Source: Phoronis australis
Taxonomy: Eukaryota > Animalia > Phoronida
Length of the DNA: 64,000 nt
NCBI GenBank assembly: GCA_002633005.1
Contig: NMRA01000487.1
Coordinates: 124,001-188,000 of the forward strand
Direction: 5' to 3'
Numbering within the stretch: position 1 is the stretch's first letter; the number at the start of each line of letters is the position of its first letter. The notes beneath the pieces were generated by a model that did not search any database, was not told the origin of the DNA, and saw nothing but the letters and a program-made list of their open reading frames with translations. Of this stretch, positions 25,627 through 39,083 are shown in pieces. Both the position numbers and the translations under genes were made by a program.

Positions 25627-26777
25627 TAATGTTTGCTAATACTGGCAGTGATAACTTTACAGTTTTCGATAATACTTTAGTAACAAGATCGTTTGTGGAA
25701 TTAATGCTCTGTATTTTTTCCTAAAGTATTTCAGGGATTTCAAAATGCACGCCATATTGGCTTTGTAATTATGGTAGTCATGGAATTATACTTGCCGATG
25801 CCAAGTTAAATTTAGGTCATCAGGTCACCTTGGAGTAGTTCGGAAACCTGTTAACATGCAACTACAGTCATTTGCAAAGTCGCGTACGACTAATCCGATT
25901 GCGTGAAGGGGGCTTAATTAAGTTTTAGGAAATTTCTCTGTCTTGAATGTCCGTTGCGGATTGTTTGTGTTTGAATGAAACCCGTGCTTGATATTATTTT
26001 GTATGGTATGATACTGCAAGTGGATTTATGTAATGCCACATTGAAAGCTTTCAACACCGTGTGTTTTAATACAACGCCAGAATTTTAAAAAAGGAAATTT
26101 TTCTTCTACAGCAGACCATGTCCACTGACTACATTAACAGCCCTAAATCTCAACATGCACATTTCGTCTGTATCTGGATGTGTCATGACGATACAAATAT
26201 ACATAGCTTATTTTCATGGTCTTTGTCAGTTTATGCCAATGCTACATTATAATTCACTGATTTTAAAGTCAGTGACATTGATTTCTCCTACGGATTATGG
26301 TATTTTGCTTTATGCATGTTAGCTTGTTAGCTCATTTAAGTAAATCACTCACTGTAATTTACTGAGATCACATTTTAATTAAGTGATTAGTTAATGAATA
26401 ATTAATGCATCATATTGATGCAGAGTTTTCATTTCGAAATCATTGTTGAGGGTCTCTAAAAAAACCCCTATCTCAGGGGGTTATTCTAATTCAAACACTT
26501 GAAAATATAGTAAATAATATGTAAGGTGCTGCAATGTTTTCCACTTTTCTATTATCAAACTACAACTTTACGGGGCTTTTTGGACACCATTTTGTACCTT
26601 GGCCAAAATCCGAAAGTCATCAACCTGAGTTCTCTGAACATCAGTTCAAGAACCATGTTGCTGTCCATATCATCTCTGAGCGTAAAACCATTTTGCTTGA
26701 TTGTTTTCTATTCAGATTTTGGTCTTTGTTTTACTAATTTGATTGTTGTCAAATAAGCCATTTGTTTGCATATTTAA

Positions 26778-29241
26778 GGTAGGTGGATACACAAAAAAAT
26801 TAATTTTGACTGTTTTTTTACATTTTCATGTCATCCTAATCTTTAATTCTTGATGCACAGTATACTGAAGAAAAATAAAATCATTCTGAAAATCCAAAGT
26901 TGTTTTTTTAGCTATATTTGACCAAACCTCAGTAAAGGGCCTTTCATACTAACGTCGACGCGTCGATGGTTTGGGGAGTTGCGGTCAGTATGAACGCTTA
27001 ACTCCGGTCCTGGATTGCAGTTAAGAGCTCCAGTTAACATCGCAGTTAATAGGTGGATTTAAGACCGCAGCGTCGACGCTGCGGTGCAGTATGAACGCTT
27101 AACTCCGGTCCAATCGAAGTTATCGCCAGGTGCCACTGTTATCGTCAACAGTTACAGAGTGGTGCCATCACTAATAACTACTTATTTTTTGGTTTAATGA
27201 TAACCAATCGATTTAAAAATGAGTTTTATGTCATTTAGCACATTTAAATGTTCCAAATTGTCACATTGAAAAAAATCTTAGCGTGCAGCGCTACCTTGCG
27301 ATAACTTCTATGACGTCAGCGTCACCAACCCTTTACTTCGATGGTCATTAACTACCGAAGCCAGTATGAACGGTCCAGTTAACTGCGCTGTTTACGTCGA
27401 CGCTCCGCTCAGACCGGAGTTAAGTCAATATGAAACGGCCTTAAGACATATGGCTTGAGTGCTCACCAGCTCAGTGATTGACAACTGGGGCGGAGCTTAT
27501 ATACAAGGACACTAGCTCTAATCTGACCCTGTCAACAAGCATTGCGTAACCGGGCAATCGAGAGTGCTGTATCAGCTGATATTGGTGTTGTAGCAAGACC
27601 AAGAATAAAATAATTCTATTTTTGACCATGTGAAAGTTGGTAGTGAAATGGTGAACTAGCTCCTGTTCCGAGCCTGAGCCTGTTTGTCTATCTGCAAAAA
27701 ATTAAGTTGAGTACGCCAAGCCCTACCGAAGCCATCACTGTACTCAGCTTGAGGAGTCCGTGCAGAAATTGTGCATGTATAAGAGAAGTCGGTAATATAA
27801 GGTCAGGTGTCTTGCGAGAGGACTGCTGAGTGTCGACATGGGTGGTGTTGCACGATTTGGTGAGAGTGCATGCACGCGCTGCAAAGACAAGCCGCGCGCG
27901 CGACACATGGACAACTACATGCCGTCAGAGTGGAGTCTTTGCAGATAAACCGTGCTTCTGTGCTGGGAACGTGCCGTGGAGAAACTAGGCTGTCAAACCC
28001 AGAGGATTTTTTAACTTGCCACTGGCCGTAACCCAAAGAATTAGAGAAATGACCCAGTGTTCAACATAACAAAAATTTTTCTAGTGCATAGATTCAAACG
28101 AAACCCTGAATTAAAACTCATGATATACGATTTTAGAGGAAAGCAATATAAGAAACTTTAGTAACTTGAGAATCTCACCCAAGCGGCGCTATTTGCGCAG
28201 AAAGTGATATTTTCTTATCCCAAAGTCCATTCGGTACAGGCACGTAAAAATGTTGAACCATTACTATGAAAGTAGTTCTTTATCCTCGTCGCCAATATTG
28301 TTATGTAGGCAGTAACGCGGCGATTTCATATAACACATATATTGGTTGATGATACTATTGGAATACTAACAAATAGGTCTATGTAATCTAGTTAGAGAGT
28401 CTTTTACAAACTGAGTGGAGAGTTCAGATGAATCGTATAAACAATCAACACATGGTTTTAATGTGTGGTCGGCACACCAGTACAGCAGACAATAGATCAA
28501 CGCTAAGCTCCGCCCACGTGACAGCCATATTTGTTTTGGTCGTCTGTCGTGCTTCACAAGTTCGAAAAAATGATTGAAATTACGCTGTAAACAAACAGGT
28601 ATGTCACATTTTCTAAATGTGAAGTAAATATCAGCTAGTACTTCAACAAAAATTGGAACATAATGACCACACATTCTGAACGAAATTTGATCTCAAGTGG
28701 CAATCGATGACCGCTTAACTTCAAAGCCGTTTTTCTCGGCTCGTGATTTCAGGATAGTGACAAGATTCTCGGGCCTATTTTTCCACAACACGTGGGTCAA
28801 TTTTAACGAAAGTTGCAAATTTGAAATCCTCTTGGACTGAAGTAAAATCGCGTGCCAGGGTTTTTTGATAAATGGACCAGATTTTTAGTTATTAGACGGA
28901 AAGTGACCAAATGACAAAAAGTGGCGTGCTTGCCCCAACTCACACACAAAAAATGCCACAAAATCAAGATCATAATGATTTTGTACATATATTTGGTATG
29001 GATAAGTAGAATATTGCGTAAGGAAACAGTTGATGATGATCCCTGTGCATTTTGAAAAAAAGTCACTGTAAAATTGGATTTTTTGAAAATTAAAAAATAC
29101 GATTTTTTAAAAAAACGAACTACAAAAAAAAATTTTTTTTTCGATTTTTGTCACTTTCAGAGTCATGTCTAACTAGCTAAAACTCCCTTTTTACTCATTT
29201 TAGTTAGGAACCTGGAGATTTGATCAGTGTATACACCTACC
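26778..29241. mobile_element. non-autonomous Kolobok-like element (~2.46 kb) carrying a nested MITE
   Basis: 15-bp TIR GGTAGGTG(G/T)ATACAC; left flank TTAA, right flank TAAT (degenerate); internal inverted GGGCGGAGCTTA / TAAGCTCCGCCC motifs at ~27488 and ~28504. Confidence 0.65.
26936..27441 (+). mobile_element. PIF/Harbinger-like MITE nested in the Kolobok-like element
   Basis: TAA TSD (26933-26935, 27442-27444); TIR AGGGCCTTTCATACT / AATATGAAACGGCCT; homologous to 19890-20382. Confidence 0.85.
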
Positions 29242-31344
29242 TAATGTAACGTAAATTTAAAATTGTGCATATGTCGCACTCATCTCAAGCCACATACAAT
29301 TTCAACTGAATAATTAATTCGAGGATAAAATCTGTCTAGATCAGTCTGGGTAATACCTTCACTGCCCCAGCGTAAAACCAGGATAAAGAAAAGGCAACTG
29401 CACCGGCGGCAATTGTTGCAGCTACTGCCCTTTAAGTTTACTTGACAGCAAATCGACACACGCCTTGTTGTCTGTTAAAAAATGTAAAGCAGTAGAAAAA
29501 GAACATAGACATGTGGAATTTCTTGGGAACCATAAAATTTTCAATCTCAATTATACCTGATACTGTTGTTTATATGTTTACTTCCTGTCAGACACACTTA
29601 TCCTAGGCAAGGAGATGCCCTTGTTATTCAGTTGTTCTTGAATGAATCTCACTTTCAACTTAGTGGTATGTCTAAAATGGAAGAATATCAGGTGGCTGCA
29701 GATGGTGACTAGGGGGCATTTCTGTGAATTTCTCACCTACGAATTACCGCGTGTTTATGATATAACTGTTGACATCACGTCCAACTAGATCTTTAAAGTG
29801 GAACTTGCACGCTAATTCCTTATCGCTGTGATAGTTTGGTCATTAAGTTGGAAACACCACATATGGTTATGATGTGAATATGAAGTACGTTGAAAATTGC
29901 CAAACTTTTTTAAGAACGAGTTTTGTGTCGAAAATGATCTGTCGTGAATCACTCAACCGTTGATCCAGTTAATATTGTAACATGGTGTTGGGGAATAACA
30001 CTACTTGATGCGGGCTATGCAGCCCCAAGGTATGTCATTAGTTCAAAGGTCACCTATTTGCAGAATTTTTTGTTTTCACTTTTACAAGCTGTCAGTGAAT
30101 ACAACTGCACTTTGTTTAGTGTATATGATGTTTAAATAGCATTTTCGTTTTGTTCCTGCTATACATTTGAGTAGTCAGAAGCATGCAAATACACCTTTTA
30201 TTGCTGTTACGGATAAATAATTTAACAGAACACTAACCTCTCTACATATTCGCACAAAATTTAATAAATGATTTTTTCTCAAGAGGCTGGGCTAGCGAAA
30301 TAATTATAACCGTCAGAACTATTATAAGGTTAATGTATAGAAAATTTAAAAATTGTTGGGAACTAATGCACGAATTAGCAGAAAGGTCAATTTTTGGCAT
30401 CAGTACCAGTGGAATTAGCCTGTTACGATACAGTTCAGCCAGTCCAGGACAGTCTCACTGTAAGTAACTTCAGGTGCAAAAGCGGCAACAGTTGATGCAC
30501 GAAATTTTAGAAGTTCGTCAGCATGTGTTTACGAGAGACGTGCGAATGAATTGTATGTAAAAATGCCAGCTGTTCGATCATGCTGAAATTAACAGCAAGG
30601 AAAAATCTGTTTTTGTTTACTATTTTTGGGTGTGCTAAAAATTAAAATGTGCGAAGTTGTAAAGTGCCGGGTTACCAAAAAACGCACAAAATGTGATATG
30701 GCATCTACGACTCTTGCAATGAATGGCCACTGCACTTTACTTTTAACATTCCCATGCCAAAACGAGGCTTGAGCAGTATAACATGGACTCGTTTTGCTAG
30801 CTTTAATAGCCGCTCAGTTAGTTACAATAAAGTTCAGAGATGGCTCGATCTCAGTCATCGATCCATGCTAGAAGTCAGTTATTGAAATGCATTGAGCTCT
30901 GTCAGATCCACTGGCTGTCAGTGTTAAACTCGCTTTCAGGGATTACTGAAGATAAACAGGTCTTTTTCTTTGACAACGACAACTGATCAACTCTACTGAA
31001 CATCTAATGAGAAGGAGTGGTCAGTGGAGTGAAAACAATGCTATTTTAATTGCACCATTCTGTAGCTACCCTGGTTCCTTTCATCACCCATAACACTTAA
31101 CACCTATTTTGGATTTTATTTTTTCCTTATTCTAATAGGTGTTCTTCCTTCATAAGATTACGTTAAACAAAAAATTTCTGTTATTAAAAACTGAATTGTA
31201 TAATAAAAATCATTCATGTGGGAGTTCTCTCCCCTGTATTATTGTGAGATTCAATCACATGACCTGTCAAGACTGTACCATCTGTTCTAAGGTACGTATG
31301 TTCCTACAACAGATGATCAGTTAGTCAGAAGAGTTAATATATAT

Positions 31345-31424
31345 AAAAAAATAATTGCAGGCGGTCTGATTTACGCTGTACCAGAAGGGGGAGTAAGTTG
31401 TCACAAGTGGGGCAAGTTGCACTA
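31345..31424 (-). repeat. SINE 3' tail fragment abutting a MITE internal fragment
   Basis: 31345-31385 is the reverse complement of the SINE 3' end (TCTGGTACA..ATCAGACCGCCT..AATTATTTTTT); 31390-31424 is the reverse complement of 25320-25354. Confidence 0.7.
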
Positions 31425-32329
31425 TAGAATAATACAAGAACTGCTAGCAACGTCAACTTTCTTTGTCAGGACCATTGATCTAAGTTCCTTTTTTGTAGAG
31501 CAGGGCAATTACCACATTAGCGATGACTTTTCAGCAATAATACACTGGTTGAAATAAATTGCAATATCAAACACTGAAACCAATGATTTTTTTAATTGAC
31601 TGCTGGCTTTTGAAATTAAATTCCTCATGAAAAGTTGGCTCAAGATATTATTTTTCCCTAAGGAATAAGATAAAAGTTATTAGAAAACCATGTAATTAGA
31701 TTCGATTCGTTTTCCAGCAATTCAATCTGGATAGGCATGTTCACAGTCATGCTTTTGTTGTGGTAGATGATTGAGGTGCAAGTCATAATGCCAAACAAAA
31801 GACTTCAGGGATGGACTAGATGGATATCTGAATTCGAAATCCCGCTTTAGGACTGGAGTTGAAACTAAAACCAGACATATTTGTAATGACCCGACTTCAT
31901 CTCAATTTGCTGACTAACGAGGCCTCTAGCCTCAACCTGTACTGAATGCTAATCAGTCTCCTGTTTTTCACTGGTGGCTTCTTCCCTCACTGGTGTCGGA
32001 TTCCTTCATTGGTGAACCTGTGACATCAGGGCATTTAAATGAGGGAACATGATAAAGATCTGGGGACAAGCATTGCAGTTGATGACTGGTTAATGACCAG
32101 CAATTTTGATATAGGAGGATCTTGACTAAGAATTGTGATAAACAAATTGCAATTGAGGAGGAGGGATATTTCTTGGGTTTTTAACAACTGTATGTGGGAA
32201 TGAATGTTCTGATTTGAGTTTGGTATGAAATGTCCGACTATGTTATCCCTGAAATTCTGAACCGAGGTGTCAAGTTTGTTTTTATGTTAGCATACATAAG
32301 GGGACACAAGGGAATACACCTCTACTGTT

Positions 32330-32815
32330 TGGGACCCACCGTCAGCCACAGACGCAAAATCTGTTGACTGAAAATGTTTTACAAGTATGATAAGAAGTCG
32401 GTGATCATCAATTCTGATGTTGCCCCTATCGCAGATCTTGCTGTCTCTGGCAACTGTACCAGAAGGTCATAGTATTCCAATAAGTAGGACAGATTAGAGG
32501 AAAAAGACATACTTTCCTAGAACAGTATCGCACTGGAATAAGTTGTCCGGCTACATTACATCAGTCCCTTCTCTTGATATCTTTGTCAGCAAGCTATTTG
32601 CCTTTCTGAAGTAGCATTAGTAAGTGGGGTGCCCCAAATCACCACTTACTATCTGCCTTATCTGTAAACGATCTCGCTATATTAACTGATCTCTATGTAT
32701 AAATTTTTTTTTTCTTTTTAAACCTGTTATAGTTGTTCTCATTCTTGTTGCGCTTCATTGTTAAACAATGACCTAATACTCTGGACAGTTTGGTCACTGA
32801 AACCAAGAAGAAGAA
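32330..32815 (+). mobile_element. 3' remnant of a CR1/L2-group non-LTR retrotransposon
   Basis: Degenerate translation ..HRRKIC*LKMFYK..YFPRTVSHWNKLSGYITSVPSLDIFVSKL* fits the ORF2 C-terminal pattern (RRxxxxLxMFYK; FFPRTxxxWNxLPxxxxxxxSLxxF); followed by a 3' UTR and an (AAG)n tail. Confidence 0.7.
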
Positions 32816-33025
32816 GGGGAAGAAGGGATTGCTTCTTCCCGCCCCTTCCTCCCTCTAGACATGCCACAGAAAAGCTACCAGCACTGCTGTTTTTGGGGGT
32901 TATGGCAACTTCTTCCTTTGTAATATGTGCTTGGAACCCCTCATGTCAGACTAGATTTGCTAGCGGTTTTCTTATAAATATATCATGGTACTACTCCCAG
33001 TCACACCCCAAGGGCGCTTAAGCTG

Positions 33026-33568
33026 AAGCGTGTTCAATAGAGTGAGCGCCCGCGAGCGATTTGAGCGCCCTCGTCCTGAACAGCTGTGTTCACGTTAGCG
33101 CTCGCGAGCGCTCGCGAACAACCTCGAGAGCATGTTCGCTTAGATTTCCAAGATGGCGTCCTGCGAAGGCTTCACGTCTGCAACATATATGAACCCATTA
33201 TGGTTCTGCAACACAAAAACTTACCTCAAAAGTTGACCGACTCATCCGAAACTGCGACTTAAATTGCGGGTCGCTGTAGCGAGGAACAGTTTCCTCGACG
33301 TAATTTCCGATTCTTGTCGGGCCAAAGCCTTCACGGTTGTTGTCAATTGGGCTGCCGATATTAATTATTGGAAAAGATTAATCATATTTATCGCTCAGCA
33401 CGCCATAGGAAGGACTGTTAGTGTTAAGCTCATCGGCTAACACGTTCAACACAATCTGCTTCAGAGTCGCCATACTGGATCGCACAGTGAGCGCTCACAG
33501 CTGTTCAGGAGCTGTTCCTTGTGTTCGCGAGTACACGCTAGCGGGCGCTCACTCTGTTGAACACGCTT
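33026..33568 (+). mobile_element. young Harbinger-like MITE, copy A
   Basis: ~27-bp TIR AAGCGTGTTCAA(T/C)AGAGTGAGCGCCCGC; CTG on both flanks (3-bp CWG-type TSD); near-identical inverted copy at 50187-50730. Confidence 0.9.
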
Positions 33569-36323
33569 CTGGCAACTCAAAAAATCAGTGTGCTTCAAGC
33601 CAAAGGTGGTTCTTTATAAAAACAAACATTTTGAGACATCCAGGATGGACACCTGAGCTGCTATCATGGTCCACATGCCCAAGAGACAAATTAAAGATCA
33701 TTGAATTGTAGACAAGGAATTACATGGCTACCCCAGTGTGGGTTCCATTGAAACTGACTTAGTGTTACTCAAAGGTAAACCCAGCTTGCAGGAGCTAGAA
33801 TTCTGATGAAATGGTCGAAGATACGAGCACTGTTCAAGGGTATCCAATAGAATTTGGGTGTGTGGGGGTAAACCGAGCGTGGGCGCTTAAAAGTGAAAAT
33901 TTGGAAAGTTAATTAGTGGGTGGCAAAAGCATGGCGTGAACAGTAAGCCAGACAAGTGCATTAATAATTCAATGATCATTAAAATATAACATGAAGATGC
34001 CTGCGTTTACTGTCAACAAGTTCCTGAAATGGATATGAACTATTGTAACTGTCTATTGAAAATACCATATGGTTTATTGTGGCAAAAGACAGTGTCACAT
34101 GTCTTGTAGTATTTTACTGTTCTACCTTCGCTCTCGTTTGTTATTTTCTAAACTTTAATGATCAATACACTTGAAAGTCAAATTACACCACTATGGTTTC
34201 TTTTTCATAGAAGTTATTTCCTGTTATGCGGTGACTAATATCAGCCTATGAAATTCCTTTTCTATCTACGTTTTGTTGTGAGCTGGTAACTACTTTTAGG
34301 TTATTAAAGCTGCATTTTGCCCCTGTTTAGCTGTCAGTGTTGAATTTCTAACAAAGCACTTTGGGGTTTAAAAACATTACCATGCTCAGCCAGACTTGAA
34401 ATTTTTGCCGATTTTGCCGGTAACTGAAGTCATCATTTTGTACATTTTGGAAATCGTGGTTTTGGGGTAATGGCCAACCTCGCTAAACTCTAAAGTATTT
34501 TTTGCGTCGTTTGTGGTTTTGATGTACTTATTGCAAACAGAAATAAAATGCCATCATGGTAAGGAATGTTATCACTGATTTTGTGAGAGTAAGAGGATCA
34601 ATTCGATTTTTGTTTTTAGTCAGGTAAACATGGAGAAGACTTTAAAAATTTTTATTCTTTGTTTGAAACTAAGGTCATTGGTGTGATGTGCAACCCTCGC
34701 CTGAGAGTCATACGTCAAACATTTTTGCACCTTAGCATAAGGTGGAGTGTATGATATTGATTACCAGTTTAAGTGGAGCCGGAGTATCTGAACGAGAATC
34801 GATAGTCTACGGTGTTCTAGGAAATTGACCATTTCTTGAAGTTAACAATTTCCATGCACAATTAATTTCATCGAATGCACGGCTCTGACGTTGAATGCAG
34901 CCTCACACAAGTGCACTTTAAAAGGTTACTCGATATGAAGCACTGTTGTGTTTTTTTGTAATGCAAAGGTTGGTAAACGCAACATCAGGCGTCCGCAGTT
35001 TTTTCATTGTTGGTATTAAAGTTTACATCGTTGCGATTCATAATCGTTTTTGGTGATGAAAAAATTTAGGGATTGTTCAAATTGAGAATGCAGGGAATTT
35101 TCTGTAAAATTCATGTAATAGGCATGTTGAGCCAACACACAAATTTCGAAAACTTGCGATCATTCACAGTACTGTTAAAAGACCTTGAAAAAGTAATACA
35201 TGGCAACTTTAACAAATAGTTTCTCCGCAAATGGTTAGGTTGTACAACATTGTGAGCCAGTTACGTGTACCTTTAACCATCTCTGATTGCCTTACCACCC
35301 CAGAGCCCTCCCACTGAAATATTGGTCGCCTTACGCTGAGTTTAATCAATAACAAAGTTTGTGTTTTATATAACAGTCCATGCCCAGGAGACGCATTTGT
35401 GTTCGTCTGATAATTCTAATCCCAGTTTTTTTGGTTATCTTTAGAATCCAGCAATGTGCAGAATCGATTCTCTTTGCCTAACCGGGCTCAGTAGCAGTTC
35501 CTCTTCCAAATGGGTTTTCCGTGTTAACTCCTAATCATTATCCATGCAAGTGTTAAGAATGCTCCCAAGAATTTGACTATAGAGTTTAGGGTTGAGACTT
35601 TTTGTTCTTTGGGGTGCGTCCTGAATGGAGATCATTTTGTCATGGCTCTATCATCAGGGTCCTCCGAGTCCTTGCAGTCTCATAGTGGTTAATGATTGCT
35701 GATGGATTTCGAGAGAAGCTGATTTGCACTTCATTGCTCATGATGTATAGAATGTTTGCTAACAGAATAAGGTTAGAATTCAGACACCACGGATGAAATA
35801 CAACCGAAATAATGTTTCTTCTGTACGTAAATACCAGACTCATAAAGTTAGCAGTCACACGTAAAAAAGAACTTCGTGGCACTTGATATTTCATCATGTT
35901 CTGTGCGTGTGTGTCGGGTTTTCCTTAGGTTGCAAACTCAAGAAGGTTTATTATGTGTTGTCAGGTATTTTTTTTCAAATGAGTCATTTGCTACCATCTC
36001 GGGTAGGTCCGGCACTATATTTATGGAGCTAATGAGCAAACTGGCAAGAGCAATCAAGCTAAATAGTACACCAAGTTATTCAAGACTTCATTAATCATAG
36101 GTGAGAACTTTATCCACTGCGTAATTTTTAGAACAAAATGAAAATCGTTTCCTCCAATGTGACGTTTTAGTCAAGAAAAAACTTAAACGGGCGTTCTGGT
36201 TCTTGGGTGAAGCATCATAACTAGCCTTTGTGCGGCAAAGCAGTATACTAAACATATAGCTTGGTGCCGATGTGGGTAAAACACTGCACATATAAAATCT
36301 TCACCGAATTAGTGTTATTAACG

Positions 36324-36935
36324 ACACTCTTCCTAGAGTAAACTAAATTATTTATCGGCGCTCTCCGGAAAAATTTGTCGTTCTGTCGTTATTCTGTTTG
36401 AGATGCATTCTTTTAGGTCGAATAACATTGACCAGTTCCTTTTTTCACCGATTCTTCTGTCAGCTCTTCTTCTCTTCTACGAGGTTGCGAACATGGCACA
36501 ACAAATAATCGGAACTGGTTTCATTTCGTCATAAGTTTTTAGTATTTTAATACCAGCAAACCTAATTTCAGAACAAATCGGTGCTGCTGCTTAGTTGAGT
36601 CATCATCTTTCGAAAGGTGTCGCAAAATTTTAGGAAATGGCACGTGCTCATGTCACGAGTGCGACAAACTTTTGTTACAATAGGCAAACAAATGGTGTTC
36701 ATTAGATTGTTTTTCACTCAAGCTGCTGCAACCTGCAAGGTGAGTGTAGATTGACTCCTAGATTTTGCATGCGCTTGCTCCGCTCACTAGCTCTACATGT
36801 TGATATAAGTTTCACGTGACGAGGTGACGAGCAGAACTATACCCGGGCTATGGGAAATTTTGGGGATGTAACGGAGCTCAATAACGCAGTGCTACCAAGT
36901 TTTATTTGGCGAGTCTTCACAGCTAGCTGACCGGT
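36324..36935 (+). repeat. unclassified interspersed repeat, copy 2
   Basis: Colinear with 9662-10250. Confidence 0.75.
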
Positions 36936-36984
36936 TAGGTCATAACCCGCAGTATCATACAAAGGCCTTGATAACTACATTTCG

Positions 36985-37154
36985 TCCGGCGGTCATGTTC
37001 AGTCCCCGGCGGTCCTGTTTTGTGGTGGGGCGGTCATGTTTTTAGGTGCGTCAGTCCCATTTTCTGGTGCGGCGGTCCCATTTGATCCCCGGAGGTCCTG
37101 TTTTGGGTGAGTCTGTCCAATTTAGAGGACCAGGGGTCATGTTGTTTCTCACCC
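36985..37154. repeat. degenerate 20-21-bp periodic array (probable Mutator/Foldback-type subterminal repeats)
   Basis: GGTC(A/C)(T/C)GTTT-like cores at 36991, 37011, 37032, 37053, 37074, 37094, 37114 and 37135; ends in ..TTTCTCACCC. Confidence 0.6.
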
Positions 37155-39083
37155 ATATTAATGCACCACATTGTTAGCAGTGTGGTATTTTGGTGCTCTT
37201 GAGTCTACTGTATAAGCTCAGCAAACCCAGCAATGAAATTCAGAATGGAGATAAATATCAAATAAGGTGACATACTATTAAACTTGACCAGTCATAGTTA
37301 AAATTTTAGTGTTTTGATACATTTAGGTATTGTCTGGGAGAAGGTGTAAAATGGCCATGACCTGGAATTAAAATGGCAGAAAGTGGTAAATGGTAAGCTT
37401 TTGATTTTAGCACAGACTGATTTCTGATCACTTGGTGTTATCTTAGGTACGGTAATGTAGCACGCAGTATGGCCGACAAGTGAAACTGTTATTTTGTCAG
37501 AATTTTTCACAACAATAAAAGATTATTAATAAGAAAATTTTTGCCTATAATACTAGCTTTGAGTTTGCAGTGTGTAGATGTCATAAAATGACATTTGGTA
37601 ATTAAAGTTTTCTTAAGGACTAGCGAGGTAATCAGTCTTTGAAAATCTGAAAAATGACAATTTTGCAATTATTTTTGTGCGAAGTAAGTCAAATATTACA
37701 ATAGTCATAAGTGATTGTAGCAAGTCATCGCTGTTGGAACTTACTTCCCATTTGTGGCAAAGCGACACTTTAACCTTTTCATCAACTCAGTTATTAATGA
37801 ATAAGAGTGAGCTATTATGCGGGGGTAGTAGGTATTTAGAAGACAGAGTAAATAATTTTTTATGTTCAAAACATGGTCATTTCTGGGAAACAACTTACAG
37901 TACACCCATGGCAATAAGATTTTTGGAAATTTGAGATGATGTGTTGTTCACTAAACGGAACAAGATATCGTTCAGTCCTGACCATGGTTATTCGTCTCTT
38001 ACAGTTTAACACACAACATGGCCAACAAGTGAAATTCTATTTTGTCAAAGTTCTCTCCTAAAGTTTTAGTCTATTACTGGATAACATTTGGTTAAGTTCT
38101 CTTTGTGTTAGCATGGCAACCATCCTTTGAAAAATGTCAATTTTGACAATTATTTTTGTGCTAAACATTAGGCAAATCTTTCAATGACAAGATTTGCATG
38201 CAAGTTGACGAGAAAGCATGTAGCGTTTACCCCAGAGTATCCAGCGAAGTCATCGGCACATCAAAGGCTTGATGGCGCCATCAAGGATTGGAATGAGCTA
38301 GTCGGCATTCATGGGCTTGGCTGAACGTGTTGGATGAGATAATTGTGGTTATACACCAACAGGCCTGTTTAGCGTGCGAGTTTCAAAGTTAAAAGCCGAA
38401 CATTAATTAAGGAAGGCAAAAGACCAAAATGACTGTTTTTAGAATTGAAAAGTAAATATTAGCTATCTTAGAATTTTTAAAATCGAAGCATTGATAAGAG
38501 AAATTTATGAATAGATTTTTTTAGCACCGCGGCTAAGCAATGAGCTCAGAGGGTCCTGGCCGGGCCCCCACTGCTCAGTTACCAAATACATTGTTGCAGT
38601 GGAGGAATTTCAAACATTCCGTCTCTTTGACCCTTGTTGGATTTCCCTGGATCCGCTACTGGGCAGTTCAAGTCTGAGCTACTGAAAGTAACGCTGTAGT
38701 CTGGCCCGGCCAGTTGTAAATTACCTGTAAAGACAGCCGTTAAGACGGTAACCAAACAGATGATACATTAGAGGTGATGAGATTGTGGCATCAAGTCTGC
38801 ACTTGTATAACCCCAGACTATGGAGAGCAGGCCTATGAGCTGTTTATTCCATTGAAGTTCTACTATCACTCATTCACTCCACTCTGGCATACTCACCTTC
38901 AATTTCACCCTATACCGTGAATCACATTACAACTAACCTCTGACTTGCTGCTACCAAATTAACATTTAAAATGTTCAGTTTGTGTGGCTGGCCTTTGTGG
39001 AATGGAATCCTATAAGCTAAAGAATGTCAGAAACCAAGCACCTTTAGTTGTACAGTTGTAACCAACATCAATCTTGGGCTTAT

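Noticed and set aside
33421-33711. ORF sharing peptide text with ORF 50083-50334 (apparent paralogous genes)
   Set aside because: Both are read-throughs of the same non-coding MITE in opposite orientations.
33790-33815. GAG CTA GAA TTC (ELEF) resembling the end of the upstream NCX exon
   Set aside because: Immediately followed by stop codons, with no upstream NCX similarity and no suitable donor.
36985-37154. CRISPR-like repeat/spacer array
   Set aside because: Cores are only ~12 bp and degenerate, and linkers are ~9 bp; it fits transposon subterminal repeats better.
38268-38285. perfect 18-bp palindrome CTTGATGGCGCCATCAAG
   Set aside because: A single palindrome of this length in 64 kb is compatible with chance (64000/4^9 is about 0.24).
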